From Nitrospirota bacterium (GTDB lineage: Bacteria; Nitrospirota; Thermodesulfovibrionia; Thermodesulfovibrionales; Dissulfurispiraceae), in contig CAWBMP010000004.1 of the NCBI GenBank assembly GCA_963790025.1, forward strand, positions 480,001 to 544,000: a stretch of DNA of 64,000 nt, written 5' to 3'. Positions 18,248 to 29,886 of the stretch are shown here, piece by piece. Numbering within the stretch: position 1 is the first letter of the stretch; the number at the start of each line of letters is the position of its first letter. The position numbers were made by a program, and so were the translations under genes. The notes below the pieces were generated by a model that worked only from the letters and a program-made list of their open reading frames with translations, was not told where the DNA came from and searched no databases.

Positions 18248-20639
18248 AAAACCGGCCAAGGGCAAAGGGGAAAGGGCAAAAGGCAAAGGACAGACAACTG
18301 TAGAGATTGCCGATAAAGCCATTACTACCATAAAAGGTCTTGTAAACGGCGAAAGAGTTCCATCCCGAATACTCGAAGAACAGATTCAGCAGGCAGTGCA
18401 GGACGGCAAACGTGAAATTCGCATCATAGCCGATGGACAGCATGGCATTGGCGGCAGAATCTGGCCGAGAAATGAAACAGTGAAAATAACGGTCGAAGGC
18501 ACCGCCGGACAACGTCTCGGCAGCATGGGAATGCCCGGCACCGAGATTATAGTCAAGGGGAGCGCCTCCGATGATGCAGGATGGCTTAACTGCGGCGCCC
18601 GGATAACTGTTCTTGGCGACGTGACTAACGGCGCCTTCAATGCTGCGGCCCAGGGGGTCCTTTACGTCCAGGGCAGCGGCGGCGCACGGTGTGACACTAT
18701 AACAAAGAATAATCCCCGCTTTGAACCTCCACAATCGTGGTACTTCAGAAATGTGGGAGATTCCTTTGCCGAATTCAAGGCCGGCGGCATTGCCGTGGTA
18801 TGCGGTGTCAATCCCAGAAATCCTGAAAATATACTTGGATACCGTCCCTGTGTCGGAATGGTGGGGGGCGCCATTTATTTCCGCGGCCCTATACAAGGTT
18901 ACAGCGAAAAGGATGTAAAGCTACTAGACTTGTCGGCGCAGGACTGGGAATGGCTCAGAGACAATATGAAGACATACCTCGAAGCCATTGACAGAATGTC
19001 CTACTACAGCGAGTTGACCCGCTCGGCTGACGACTGGAAAAAGCTTGTGGCATATACGCCGCAGGAGAAACGGTCGAGAAAATGGTTCAAGGTATCAACC
19101 GCTGATTACAGAAAAAATATGTGGGAAAAGGAAGTCGGACAAGGCGGCATCTTTGCGGAATTTTTAGATCATGACCTTACACTGCTGCCCTACATTACTA
19201 CCGGAGCGGACAGACGCAATAAGCCTATATGGACCAATGAAAAATACAACCCTCCCTGCGCATATGCATGCCCGACCCATATCCCTACACACAAGCGGGC
19301 CGCGCTGATACGGCAGGGCCTGCTCCAGGAGTCCCTCGAACTCGTATTGAGATACAGCCCGCTTCCTGCAACAGTTTGCGGCCAAATATGCCCCAACCCC
19401 TGCATGGAGAGTTGTACAAGAGGCCGGATCGACAAGCCTTTACAGATCGATAAGCTAGGGAGCCTCTCCTTGGACCTGCCCGCCCCAAAAAAAGAGCGGC
19501 CGACAGGCCATACCGTGGCGGTCATCGGCGGAGGGCCGGCTGGCCTCAGCGCTGCGTGGCAGCTCTCTTTGAAAGGGCATACGGTTGACCTCTATGAATC
19601 GACAGGCAAGCTGGGCGGCAAGATCGAACTCTGCATCCCGAGAGAACGCCTTCCCCATGCCATACTCGAAAAGGAACTTTCGCGTTTCAGCGAGCTCGGG
19701 GTAAACGTCCACCTGAATACTCCTGTAGACAGGGACATGTTCGATGAAATTTATAAAAACCACGAACTCGTTGTGGTTGCCGTCGGCGCTCAAAGACCAA
19801 GGACCATCGCCTTCCCGGGCTCGGAGAACACCATATCAGCGTATGACTTCCTGAGGGAGATCAACAGCGGAAAGCTGCCTGATCTGAGAGGGCAGAAAGT
19901 GGTCGTAATCGGTGCGGGCAATGTGGGCATGGATGCCGCTTCCGAGGCATACAATTACGGCGCTGAATCTGTCATCGCCGCTGATATCCAAAAACCAGCG
20001 GCATTCGGGAAAGAGATGGAAAACGCAACCGCTAAAGGAACACAAATCCTATGGCCCAAATTCACCGAGCGCTATGACAAGGAAGAGAAAAAACTGTATT
20101 TCAATGACGGCTCATCGCTAGATGCGGACCTTGTGGTAATTTCCATTGGGGATACGCCGGTACTCGATTTCCTGCCGCAAGGCGTCCATACCGAAAAAGG
20201 CTGGCTGGCAGTGAATGAAATAAATCAGACTTCGGATGTCAAAGTCTTTGCCATAGGTGACGCTACAAGTCTGGGGCTCGTCACTAATGCCATTGGACAG
20301 GGAAGACTCGTAGCAGAGACTATACATTATCAGATGATGCATGCGCCTCGCCAACCTGAGGTCAAACAGGTAATCCCTTACGATCGTATAAAAAAAGAAT
20401 ACTATGACGTGTGCACCGGCGATTTCCAGCCGGATAAGGAAGCAAACAAATGCATGTCCTGCGCCACCTGCCGTGACTGCCACATGTGCGAGGCCACCTG
20501 CTATTGGGGTGCGATAAGCAGAATTGAGCACGAAGGCGGGACATATGAATACGTAGTAGATGAGGACAAATGCATCGGATGCGCCTTCTGCGCAGGCATT
20601 TGTCCCTGCGGCGTATGGGAGATGGTGGAGAACATATAA
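18237..20639 (+). CDS. Glutamate synthase GXGXG domain fused to a GltD-like FAD/NAD(P) oxidoreductase and ferredoxin
   Basis: GQHGIGG, GDSFAEFKAGG, GMVGG; PCxxACP, CGQICPxPC, GGGPAGL, IGAGNVGMD; C-terminal 4Fe-4S motifs. Confidence 0.9.
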   Translation: MRVKKPAKGKGERAKGKGQTTVEIADKAITTIKGLVNGERVPSRILEEQIQQAVQDGKREIRIIADGQHGIGGRIWPRNETVKITVEGTAGQRLGSMGMPGTEIIVKGSASDDAGWLNCGARITVLGDVTNGAFNAAAQGVLYVQGSGGARCDTITKNNPRFEPPQSWYFRNVGDSFAEFKAGGIAVVCGVNPRNPENILGYRPCVGMVGGAIYFRGPIQGYSEKDVKLLDLSAQDWEWLRDNMKTYLEAIDRMSYYSELTRSADDWKKLVAYTPQEKRSRKWFKVSTADYRKNMWEKEVGQGGIFAEFLDHDLTLLPYITTGADRRNKPIWTNEKYNPPCAYACPTHIPTHKRAALIRQGLLQESLELVLRYSPLPATVCGQICPNPCMESCTRGRIDKPLQIDKLGSLSLDLPAPKKERPTGHTVAVIGGGPAGLSAAWQLSLKGHTVDLYESTGKLGGKIELCIPRERLPHAILEKELSRFSELGVNVHLNTPVDRDMFDEIYKNHELVVVAVGAQRPRTIAFPGSENTISAYDFLREINSGKLPDLRGQKVVVIGAGNVGMDAASEAYNYGAESVIAADIQKPAAFGKEMENATAKGTQILWPKFTERYDKEEKKLYFNDGSSLDADLVVISIGDTPVLDFLPQGVHTEKGWLAVNEINQTSDVKVFAIGDATSLGLVTNAIGQGRLVAETIHYQMMHAPRQPEVKQVIPYDRIKKEYYDVCTGDFQPDKEANKCMSCATCRDCHMCEATCYWGAISRIEHEGGTYEYVVDEDKCIGCAFCAGICPCGVWEMVENI

Positions 20640-20644
20640 AAACA

Positions 20645-20735
20645 GGTAAAGGCAGAGGTAGAGGCAGAGATAAAGCACAAAGGATATGGATTCTTATTAT
20701 TTGTTTTTTACTATACCTATGCCTTTACCTGTGCC
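20645..20735. repeat. Degenerate 6-mer tandem array with an inverted partner array
   Basis: GGTAAA GGCAGA GGTAGA GGCAGA GATAAA (20645-20674) versus TATACC TATGCC TTTACC TGTGCC (20712-20735). Confidence 0.7.
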
Positions 20736-20747
20736 TATAGTTGGAGA

Positions 20748-20824
<77 letters not shown>

Positions 20825-20923
20825 CTTTTCCAATTTATTTCATTAGGTTTTTTCGTGTGAAAGTGGTCAAAAGCAGTTTCGTGGGAGTTTCATGGGAAAG
20901 ATAAATTAATATCTTTATAATAG

Positions 20924-20975
20924 GTGGAAATTCCTGGGCAGTTCGGACAGGCATTCCGATTTGGTTCGGACAGTT
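20924..20975 (+). mobile_element. Solo IS end remnant (IS21-like repeated end structure)
   Basis: ATTCC...GTTCGGACAG repeated with a ~23-bp period (20941-20950, 20964-20973); no transposase follows. Confidence 0.4.
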
Positions 20976-21357
20976 AAGCCGTCTCTGATACTACATATAA
21001 CCCGCTTTTCTCGCTCGATTAACTCAGACAAACTTCCTCACAGTACCACTCGGTTGTTGCAACATTTCATAACTGAGGGGTACGTCCCGTAACTTCGCTG
21101 AACTGCCGAACCCCAAGCTGAACTCTTGCATTGAGCCGGTACTGGAATCATATTTTGCCCGCGTGAAATGCCGGAAGAAACCTTCATTAATGCTGCTCTC
21201 AGAAGAAGTGGTCCGGCATTCTCAGCGAGCGATAAAACTTTCACCGACTACTCCTCATAGTCCAAATCCTTGCAACAGTAAAGATTTACGGAAGAAACCT
21301 GGATAACAAAAAAATAACGCGTTGGCTTTATACTCTTCCATTAAGCAATGCTGCAAT

Positions 21358-21843
21358 CTATTCTTCCAAATTAGAATCGATATGATAGTTAAATTTCTGC
21401 TCTGCTTCTCTAATGAATTTTCTTATTTGAAGAAGTTCCGTTTCTTCTTTAAAAGATATTTTTTGACTTCCGTCGTCGGTAACAATGAGTAAATAATATA
21501 TTTTCTTAAATACTTCTTTTATCAGCACAGCACCGATAAAAACAAGTGGCGCTCCGAAAGCAAAAAACTTATATCCGTTGTGTTGATTGAGAGACGTATT
21601 CCCTTGCATAGCGTCAATGAGAAATCCAATAATAGGAAAAAAGAAGATCATCCCACCGCCAATAAGAATTATACCTATTATCAGTTGAGCTATGGGACGG
21701 TTTGCACTTGTCCCATAATTCAAGGTGATGCTTCGTATTGCCTTTTTGGGTATGAATGCAACTGCCTTTCCATTATCGAGCTCACGTATTTCGTTGCCCG
21801 AGACCTCAACACCAGAAAAACTTAATGAGCTATCTATTTGCAT
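21358..21843 (-). CDS. Hypothetical membrane protein (2 TM)
   Basis: 161-aa ORF with two hydrophobic segments. Confidence 0.65.
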   Translation of the reverse strand: MQIDSSLSFSGVEVSGNEIRELDNGKAVAFIPKKAIRSITLNYGTSANRPIAQLIIGIILIGGGMIFFFPIIGFLIDAMQGNTSLNQHNGYKFFAFGAPLVFIGAVLIKEVFKKIYYLLIVTDDGSQKISFKEETELLQIRKFIREAEQKFNYHIDSNLEE

Positions 21844-21972
21844 TTGGATTTCGCTAGATTATACCAAATTCAAGTTTACATAGTTCAGAAGCAGAACTCT
21901 TGCCACTCATCTCCACCGACAACTACTCAGCCCAGGTATTTCATCGAGAACGTTGCTTTCCGCAAGAAACCA

Positions 21973-22020
21973 GCATAACGATAAGCTAACCCAATCGCCG
22001 ATTGAGCTATTTAGCTGCTG
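21973..22020 (-). other. Degenerate attC-like site downstream of ORF 22011-22589
   Basis: Minus strand ends ...GGTTAGCTTATC-GTTATGC, with an internal CAATCG-G-CGATTG palindrome. Confidence 0.4.
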
Positions 22021-22589
22021 GTTCTTTTAGGATCGGTGTCCATTGAAACTCTTCTGCGCAAAGGTGAAAAATAGACAGCTGGAATTAACGAAAAAAATAT
22101 CCAATGGCCTGAAAAGCCACGCAGTTCATAGGAGCGAAAACGATAGAATTCTTGCTCAGACAACTCCCGGATTATGTGCCCGTGACTTGTAAGATAGTAT
22201 TTACCATTTTCAGCATCTGGGCCGCCACCTTCGGAGTTTTTGAAGAATAAACCAAAATTAATGAGCATATAGATGAATGCCGCTGTATATAGAATGCGAA
22301 TCGTTATGGGTACTGACCGGATGATTTCAGCCATATATGTCTGGTCTGCACTTTTCGAATTGTACCACAATGTAAAGCAACTTTCCTCTGGCTCGCGTGC
22401 CGGTCGTTTACTCTTTTGTTTTGCAACGAGATTTATAATCATTGCACCAAATACAATCATTACGCCCAGATGTAGCGGCCATGCGACGCTCATAGAAAGC
22501 CTATCAGACGGGATAAATGTACTGATATGGCATACGAGGCTTAACGCTAGCATTGTACTTGATAAAATATAAAAGAAATTTAGCAACAA
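22011..22589 (-). CDS. Hypothetical membrane protein
   Basis: 192-aa ORF with several TM segments; GGAG RBS before TTG. Confidence 0.7.
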   Translation of the reverse strand: MLLNFFYILSSTMLALSLVCHISTFIPSDRLSMSVAWPLHLGVMIVFGAMIINLVAKQKSKRPAREPEESCFTLWYNSKSADQTYMAEIIRSVPITIRILYTAAFIYMLINFGLFFKNSEGGGPDAENGKYYLTSHGHIIRELSEQEFYRFRSYELRGFSGHWIFFSLIPAVYFSPLRRRVSMDTDPKRTSS

Positions 22590-22809
22590 TGTCTCCTTGC
22601 CTGGAAATAGTAGTTAGACCGTTAATCGCACGAACAATCGTTAGTCCGATAAGTTTCGTCTTTTCACATAGTTCATTTCCGATAATAACTTACACTATTT
22701 TGACGATTTTGAAAAGCGAGGGTTACAGGAAGGACCTCTGCGGAACCAATACCGACGACTACGCAGGTATCGAGGAGTTGCAACTACTGAAGATTTATGG
22801 AAGAAATTC

Positions 22810-22899
22810 GCAGTACCGATTTAAATGAAGCCAAGGGCAACCAGCACGTGAAAAGAACCACAGAGGCTATTCACTGTCGGCTCGATTGATTTGTTGGGC
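22810..22899 (-). other. Degenerate attC-like site downstream of ORF 22923-23300
   Basis: Minus strand GCCCAAC-AAATCAA-TCGAGCCGAC ... GGCTTCATTTAAATC-GGTACTG; canonical R'' and L'' boxes, decayed R'. Confidence 0.5.
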
Positions 22900-22922
22900 A
22901 TTCTTTATTTCTTCAATACAGC

Positions 22923-23300
22923 TTAGAATAGGCGAAACCATGATAACTTTGAGCCTATAGCTTCGCTGATCATAATTAAAATAAAATGATCTCTTTGCTT
23001 CAGTGTCTTGTATGCCTCTTTATAAGTCTCTTTCAGATCTTTATTTGTTTCTATATCTCTTTTGTACATCCGCTCAATTAAGCCTTGTATCTTTTTTTCA
23101 TATTCCGGCTGCGGTATTTCAGCTTCACATTGTTCGCTAAGCTCTATGTCCACAACAAAAGATGGTTCTGTTTCAGACCATGACAACATGTAGCGTTGTG
23201 CTTTGGATAGCGGTGCCCCTTCGTGTTCTGCTTGCTGTATGATCTTGTTTACAAAAAAAGCTTTAGCTGTATATTGACTATCGACTGGCATATCTGTCAT
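22923..23300 (-). CDS. Hypothetical protein
   Basis: 125-aa ORF with AAGGAGG RBS, preceded by GTTCGGC. Confidence 0.75.
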   Translation of the reverse strand: MTDMPVDSQYTAKAFFVNKIIQQAEHEGAPLSKAQRYMLSWSETEPSFVVDIELSEQCEAEIPQPEYEKKIQGLIERMYKRDIETNKDLKETYKEAYKTLKQRDHFILIMISEAIGSKLSWFRLF

Positions 23301-23555
23301 TTCCTCCTTTTGTCATGCCGAACAATTACTATACCCTGCCGCATTTTCTGATCCTTGATCGCAATAATAGCATAGCGATCACAACTTTTGAAGGCAAAAC
23401 TGAATAGAATCAAGATGGCACTCACTTCTTGAAATGGCTTCTCCTGATATTACTGACTAAAAGCCATCATGGTAAAAAATGGGAAAATTGGTTTACGAAA
23501 GTAACCATCGGATCGAAAGTCACTGCTACAACGAAGGGTTACAGGAAGCAATTTC

Positions 23556-24011
23556 TTATTGTTTCCCTGTATCAGGTTCCCATCCAGAAGATGCTGTAGC
23601 CTCTATCGCTTTGCATAGTTCTTTTGCACTATCGGGACACCTCAGGCGGGTGTTGTTAATGATTTTTTGAAGCACATCAACAGATATTGTCATGTCAATA
23701 TGCTTTAAAACAAAATTCTTAAATCTTTTGTCAGATGAGCATAGTTCCCGGAGTCTTTCAAAATGCTTCCAATCATCTGCCAAAAGCCGTCCGACAGCAT
23801 CGCTAAATCCCTCAGCTATTGCGCCATCATCGCAATGAGCAAAACGCTTATAAAATCCGTAGGCAATATCCCAAGTCTTAAGATTATCTGTTTCACCTTC
23901 GGCTTGATATGCTTCCTCTTTGGCGCAAACCTTTTGTGCTGCATCAACTGGAGGGCATAAATTCAGACTCATAATTAAAATAACAATAATTCGAAGCATA
24001 AGTTTATTCAC
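23556..24011 (-). CDS. Hypothetical exported Cys-containing protein
   Basis: GGAGGGGG RBS before GTG 24011; signal peptide; CDDGAIAEGFSD motif and several Cys. Confidence 0.7.
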   Translation of the reverse strand: MNKLMLRIIVILIMSLNLCPPVDAAQKVCAKEEAYQAEGETDNLKTWDIAYGFYKRFAHCDDGAIAEGFSDAVGRLLADDWKHFERLRELCSSDKRFKNFVLKHIDMTISVDVLQKIINNTRLRCPDSAKELCKAIEATASSGWEPDTGKQ

Positions 24012-24275
24012 TGAACCCCCTCCATGAATTACCGTTTGAAAGCTGCACAATTATATCACGCGCTGAGGGCGTTGTTTACAGGAAGAAGTTAAAAAAGTTA
24101 TCCGTCGCCTATGCCGGACCTTTTTTGATCATGGTACGGGATAAAATGCGCGTTTCCATTAAAAGGCCGTCTGGTGCACCAGTCCTTCTGAAGTCCGCTA
24201 TGTAGCGTTTTCACCATAGGCTCAAGGTTTCAGCTGGAAAAAAACACTATGAGGTGAGTAAGGACATGTTATCCG

Positions 24276-24352
24276 TGAACTCCCCTGCGGCAGAAACCGC
24301 AGTATGTCAAAAGCCAAGGCACTACCCTGTGGCAGAGACTACAGGGAGTTCA
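24276..24352. repeat. Double-hairpin palindromic REP/IS200-IS605-end-like element
   Basis: TGAACTCCC ... GGGAGTTCA outer inverted repeat enclosing two related hairpins CTGCGG-CAGAAA-CCGCAG and CCCTGTGG-CAGAGA-CTACAGGG. Confidence 0.55.
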
Positions 24353-24393
24353 TGCAACTTAAAGTAGTCTTCCTTATAGTATGGACAACCTTT

Positions 24394-24975
24394 CTATCGC
24401 GAGGGATTCCGGGCCTTCTCGGCTATTTGATCGGCTGGCGTGATGCCCTTGCAGTCGGAGCCGAGATACTTCATTTGTATCTCGCTCCGCATGGTGTGGC
24501 GGTTACCCTGATTATCAGTCGTTGTCATATCCATGCGTGTAGTCACCGTATCGCTGCTGACGGTACTTTCGCCCTTGCCGATCATGGTGCCTCTCCTAGT
24601 GGTACAATTGATCTCAAAACTGGTCTTGTTGCCGCTGCGGCTTACTCTGGTCGGTTCGCAGTCGCCCTTGGCGTCAACCATAGGCTTGTCCTTGGCCGCC
24701 ATAGCCGGGCTGATGCAAATTTGCATTCCGCCGCCGGAGAGCAAGCCTTGGTTACCCATCATGGCTTGCATCTGCTCACGCTGAACAGGGGACATATTGG
24801 CCAATGCTTGCTGCATTTTGGCCTGGGCCGAGGCTATCTGCGCAGTCATGTCACGGCCATCCATGATTTGGCTGATCGGCTTATATTCCCATAGGCCAGG
24901 CTTCAAGCCGGAATTTTGCGCAAATGCTGTCCCACTCAGGAGTGTGATAAGAATTACCAAGATTGTTTTTTTCAT
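24394..24975 (-). CDS. DUF3617 family exported protein
   Basis: Signal peptide, LKPGLWE motif, ICISP, C-terminal KYLGSDC. Confidence 0.85.
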   Translation of the reverse strand: MKKTILVILITLLSGTAFAQNSGLKPGLWEYKPISQIMDGRDMTAQIASAQAKMQQALANMSPVQREQMQAMMGNQGLLSGGGMQICISPAMAAKDKPMVDAKGDCEPTRVSRSGNKTSFEINCTTRRGTMIGKGESTVSSDTVTTRMDMTTTDNQGNRHTMRSEIQMKYLGSDCKGITPADQIAEKARNPSR

Positions 24976-25508
24976 GCTTGCCTCCTAATGGCAATAGGTT
25001 AATAGCCGCTTTAGCCCCGTCATCGGGATTGCCACCAACCTCGGCGACATATGCTTAGCAAATCCATAGATCATCGCCGGCTAAACAGACGTTGGCTATA
25101 GGAGATCCAGGCGCTTGCGTATTATGATAGCTGGAGATATTGCGTTTTGCAAGTGCTCCTGTGAAAGTTCTCCTGTGAAACTACTGTCAGAAGGAAAACT
25201 ATTGGACCACATTCCTTCCTGTTATCATCGGCGATAGTTTACGACCGGAAGTCAACGCTTGTCCCCGTTCAAGTTATCTTGACTCAAAGCCATCAGGTAG
25301 GGTATAACAAATCTGCTGGGGGAGTACATTTAGACAGAAAAATCGATACCACCGCAATAGTAAAATTATTCGTCCTGACAAATACAATAAATCAAATAGT
25401 TACAAGAGGCGCGATTTTCCTACAGATCACAAGAGATTAGAATTGTCGGAATTATCGAGTTAACTGCTTAATGACTTGTTGAGAAGAGCTCGGTGAAGTG
25501 TTTCGCAA

Positions 25509-25979
25509 ATGAACGGGAAAAAATTCCTTGAACTCAAAATTCCTCCACCCTTAGTTTTTGCGGTATTCGGAGGCCTTATGTGGACACTTTCACGGCTCGT
25601 GCAAGCCGCAGATTTTTCGTTCCTGTCGAATACCGTTATTGCTCTGGCTATAGCCGGAGTTGGTGGCGTATTTGCGGTACCGGCTATAGTATCATTTCTG
25701 CTCGCAAGGACGACGATACATCCGCATAAACCGCGTGAAACCCGGAAATTGATTGTTACCGGCGTCAACGCTATTACGCGAAATCCCATGTACTTGGGAC
25801 TGCTGCTCGTGCTGATAGCCTGGGCGATATACCTGTCCAATATCTTATCATTTGTGCCGCTTCCGTTTTTTGTTGCCTATCTCAATCGGTTCCAGATCAG
25901 ACCTGAAGAAAGAGCGCTCGCTGATAGATTTGGAAGCGAGTATGAGGCATACTGTAACCGCGTACGCCGGTGGCTGTAA
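25509..25979 (+). CDS. Isoprenylcysteine carboxyl methyltransferase/PEMT family membrane protein
   Basis: IPPP, TTIHP, LIVTG, TRNPMYLG, EERAL..FG.EY..Y..RVRRWL. Confidence 0.9.
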   Translation: MNGKKFLELKIPPPLVFAVFGGLMWTLSRLVQAADFSFLSNTVIALAIAGVGGVFAVPAIVSFLLARTTIHPHKPRETRKLIVTGVNAITRNPMYLGLLLVLIAWAIYLSNILSFVPLPFFVAYLNRFQIRPEERALADRFGSEYEAYCNRVRRWL

Positions 25980-26471
25980 CTCAGCGTCAAGGTATGACGA
26001 GAGAAGAATGGCAATCATTATAATTGAAAATCAGCAAGAAACAATATAGCGATTTTCACCAAGCCGTTAAATCGTATTCTATTGAAGTATGATGGCTCTA
26101 AGGAGACGTTCGAGTCACACGTTCTGTAGCGCAGGGCTCCACTCATCGTTCATCCACCTTTCTTTCGAAAACCTACAATAGTTTCGTCACCTAATAACTA
26201 TTGACAAGTCGGTGTACTTCCTGAAACACGCACAAATAGCAATTTGCTGAATATGTTTAATGCGGGTAGAAGCTATCAACATCGGATTTCCCCGATGCTA
26301 CTTAATAATCGAGAATGCCGACAATACAGCAAATACGTTATGTTCCATCGGAAACGCTCACCCCTCACATGCGGAGTACTTCTAAGAGCAGCTATTACTT
26401 AAAAACGTAAAGAGCCTTACACCTTTTGTAAATAGAATCTGATAAAATAGCCCCACCAGGGGGATTAGTAG

Positions 26472-29381
26472 ATGAAAGAAATAACCTCGCCTTCCAGATT
26501 TCTAAAGCAACTGGCAATAGGGTGGGTTTTTATAAACCTTCTTGTTGTTGTGCTTGTTGGCGTTTCCATCAACGAAAGCCGCCTTAATTATCAGGAAAGA
26601 GCCGCTGTTATAACGCAGAACCTATCCCAAATACTTGAAGAGTATATCGGTGGTGTCATCAGGAATACTGATGTGACCCTCCAGACAGTGGCAGACGAAG
26701 CGGAGAAGCAGCTTGCCGCAGGAGGCATCAACAAACGGATAATGAATTCATATTTATTAAGACAGAAAGCACGCATAAAGGAAAGTGACAATTTTAGGTT
26801 GAGTGATGAAAAGGGCCATGTCTTTTATGGTACGGAAGTGATGCCAGGTACACCTATTAATGTTGCTGACCGCGATTACTTCATTAGCTTGTCTAATAAC
26901 TCAAAGATTGGAATGTTAATCTCAAAGCCGATGCTTGGCCGCATCTCCCACAAATGGGTATTAGTTGTTGCCCGCCGCATTAATAAACCTGACGGTTCAT
27001 TTGCCGGTGTCGTCTACTCGGGAATTTTACTGGAGAGGTTGGCTGAAACATTTTCCAGTATTAATACGGGCAAGAACGGGTCTGTCATACTAGTAGACGA
27101 CAAACGCAGCACGATTTGTCGCTATCCTGAGCACCTTGGAATTGGCAGTGCCGTGGGTGTCAAGATCAAGTCTCCAGAAGTCATAAAATTCTTTGAAAGT
27201 GGCGCAGTGGCGACAACATTCAGGACGCGGTTCACCCTTGACGGGGTTGAGCGTACGCTTTCATATCGCAGGATTTCCTCCTATCCCCTTTATGTAGGAG
27301 TCGGACTGGCAAAAAAGGACTATCTTTCAGAATGGCGAAAGGAAACCGCAAAAAATCTGGCGCTGGTATTTCTCTTTTTCCTCGTCACACTTGGTTTAGC
27401 ATGGATGATCTATCGATACATAACCCAGCGCAAGCAGGCGGAGAATATCCTTCAGGAAAGCGAGAAAAAATACAGGACACTTATTGAAACAACTGATACC
27501 GGTTTTGTAATCATTGACAAGGACGGATTAGTATTGGATGCCAATCCTGAGTATGTCCGTCTGACGGGTCATCAGAGGCTGGAAGATATACTTGGCAGGT
27601 CGGTGACGGAATGGACTGCCGGTCATGACAGTGACCGCAATGCTGCGGAAGTGAAAGAGTGCTTCAAGGAGGGTTTTGTAAGGAACTTTAATGTTGACTA
27701 TATAGACAAAGACGGCAAAATAACCCCGGTCGAAATCAATGCAACGGTTGTCGGTACTGAACAAGGACAGTTAGTGGTTACACTGTGTCGTGACATCACC
27801 GAACGGAAGCAGGCTGAGGAGGAAGTGCTGAGCGAGCAGAATTTTATTCAAAATATTCTAAGTACGACGCCGAACTTGATCTATATTTATGATTTGATAG
27901 AACGCTGTAATGTGTATGCCAATCGCGAGGTGACAGTAATTCTGGGATACACAGAAGAACAACTAAGGTCTATGGGCTCCATGTTGTTTTCAAACATTCT
28001 GCATCCTGATGATGTACCAGTCGTAAGCCAGCACCATGCTCGCTTTTTGACGGCAGGCGATGGTGAAGTATTGGAAGCCACTTACCGAATGAAACATTCA
28101 AATGGACAGTGGCGCTGGCTGGCGAGCAAGGATATTGTATTCTCGCGTGACAAGGAAGGTAAGCCGCTGCAAATACTGGGCACAGCCACAGACATTACTG
28201 AAAGCAAGCTGGCTCAGGAAGAGAAAGCCAAAATTGCAGAGCAACTTCGCCAAGCCCAGAAGATGGAGGCAATAGGCACTCTTGCCGGAGGAGTAGCGCA
28301 CGACTTCAATAACATACTCTCGGCAATTATCGGATTTGCTACAATGGCGCAGATGAGTAAAAATGATCAAAAAACTAATGAGTTTATAAAGGAAATTGTT
28401 GCTGGCGCAAACCGTGCTGCTGAGCTTACTCATAGCCTGCTTGCCTTTAGCCGGAAACAGACTATTGCCCTGAAACAGGTAGACCTCAATCATATAGTCA
28501 GGAACATCAATAAAATGCTTATGAGAGTCATCGGGGAAGACATAAAGCTGTCAAATTTTCTTATTAATAGAGAGCTTGTTGTTATGGCAGACACAGGACA
28601 GATTGAGCAAGTATTGCTAAATCTGGCAACCAATGCACGTGATGCGATGCCTGATGGGGGAGAGTTGACCATACAGACAGATATGGTCAATGTGGACATC
28701 AGTTACGCTGAAGCTCACCTTTTTGAGAACACGGGCATGTATGCTGTCCTGACAGTATCGGACACGGGTATTGGCATGGATCAGAAAACAAGGGAAAATA
28801 TATTTGAGCCATTCTTCACGACAAAAGAAGCAGGCAAAGGCACCGGATTGGGGCTTGCCATGGTTTACGGAACAATCAAGCAGCATAGTGGCAATATTAA
28901 TGTATACAGCGAGGTTGCAAGGGGAACAACATTCAGGATATGCCTGCCCATGGCGGAGACAGAAGAAGAGGCAATGCCGCAACAGGTTGAACCGTTGTCG
29001 AAAGGAAAGGGCGAGACAATATTGCTGACAGAGGATGACCCGCAGGTTAGAAACGTTACAGGCGCGTACCTTCAGCAATTAGGTTACAGGGTAATTGAAG
29101 CGGAAAACGGAGAAGAGGCTATAAAGAGGTTTATTGAGAACAAGGATACAATAGCTATTGTTCTTATGGATGTGATAATGCCGGTAATGAACGGAAGACA
29201 GGCATACGAAGAAATAAAGAAACTTACCTCTGATGTAAAGGGAATATTCATGTCAGGCTACACGGACGATGTAATATCCAGAAAGGGTATACTGGAAGAC
29301 GGTTTTGATTTCATCCAAAAACCGATTAACCCTGCCGCATTGGTTAGAAAGATAGGGGAAGTGTTGGACAGGAAAGGGTAA
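26472..29381 (+). CDS. Hybrid sensor histidine kinase (dCache-PAS-PAS-HisKA-HATPase-REC)
   Basis: DRDYF Cache motif between two TM helices, [34 protein letters not shown], receiver DVIMP. Confidence 0.93.
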   Translation: MKEITSPSRFLKQLAIGWVFINLLVVVLVGVSINESRLNYQERAAVITQNLSQILEEYIGGVIRNTDVTLQTVADEAEKQLAAGGINKRIMNSYLLRQKARIKESDNFRLSDEKGHVFYGTEVMPGTPINVADRDYFISLSNNSKIGMLISKPMLGRISHKWVLVVARRINKPDGSFAGVVYSGILLERLAETFSSINTGKNGSVILVDDKRSTICRYPEHLGIGSAVGVKIKSPEVIKFFESGAVATTFRTRFTLDGVERTLSYRRISSYPLYVGVGLAKKDYLSEWRKETAKNLALVFLFFLVTLGLAWMIYRYITQRKQAENILQESEKKYRTLIETTDTGFVIIDKDGLVLDANPEYVRLTGHQRLEDILGRSVTEWTAGHDSDRNAAEVKECFKEGFVRNFNVDYIDKDGKITPVEINATVVGTEQGQLVVTLCRDITERKQAEEEVLSEQNFIQNILSTTPNLIYIYDLIERCNVYANREVTVILGYTEEQLRSMGSMLFSNILHPDDVPVVSQHHARFLTAGDGEVLEATYRMKHSNGQWRWLASKDIVFSRDKEGKPLQILGTATDITESKLAQEEKAKIAEQLRQAQKMEAIGTLAGGVAHDFNNILSAIIGFATMAQMSKNDQKTNEFIKEIVAGANRAAELTHSLLAFSRKQTIALKQVDLNHIVRNINKMLMRVIGEDIKLSNFLINRELVVMADTGQIEQVLLNLATNARDAMPDGGELTIQTDMVNVDISYAEAHLFENTGMYAVLTVSDTGIGMDQKTRENIFEPFFTTKEAGKGTGLGLAMVYGTIKQHSGNINVYSEVARGTTFRICLPMAETEEEAMPQQVEPLSKGKGETILLTEDDPQVRNVTGAYLQQLGYRVIEAENGEEAIKRFIENKDTIAIVLMDVIMPVMNGRQAYEEIKKLTSDVKGIFMSGYTDDVISRKGILEDGFDFIQKPINPAALVRKIGEVLDRKG

Positions 29382-29886
29382 AAAGGGGGAAAGGCTAACA
29401 AAGATCGGAAATTGTCTGAATTGATCGTTACTCGCACGATCGGGATGAATATGGCAACACTCTGATTTTTTGATGAAGGTTCCAGTGCAGAGTACTTGAG
29501 GTGTATGGCAAATTGTTTTTGAGATATTTTTTCGCAATTAAACGCAATCGGAAAGATTGGTGCACTCTCATGTTCTCGGTGCAGTTGTGTCGGCATCCCT
29601 CTTGAACAGCCTTGGTTTCGGGTAGTACCCTTGCCTGTTTTCCTTTGCGCCGCTACTATCGACTCGTCGGTGAAGTCGCATTCCTACATTTCTTACGTTG
29701 ATAAAAGATTTCCTGCGATAATTGATAGTCAGCAATTGCGTTTACAAATGCCTTCAACATAAATACTGTTCACGACAATTAATTGTGGTACTGCTGTGGT
29801 GGTGTCATCGATGTCAAGGGCAATGTTCATCCTCACTTTATCAATCCCGGCTATTCATAACATACCCGAGCAACCTCATTTATTTG

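Noticed and set aside
24990..25120. Possible riboswitch or structured leader upstream of the DUF3617 gene
   Set aside because: Some pairing is possible (GCCAAC/GTTGGT, CGGCGA/TCGCCG), but no known aptamer consensus is recognisable by eye.
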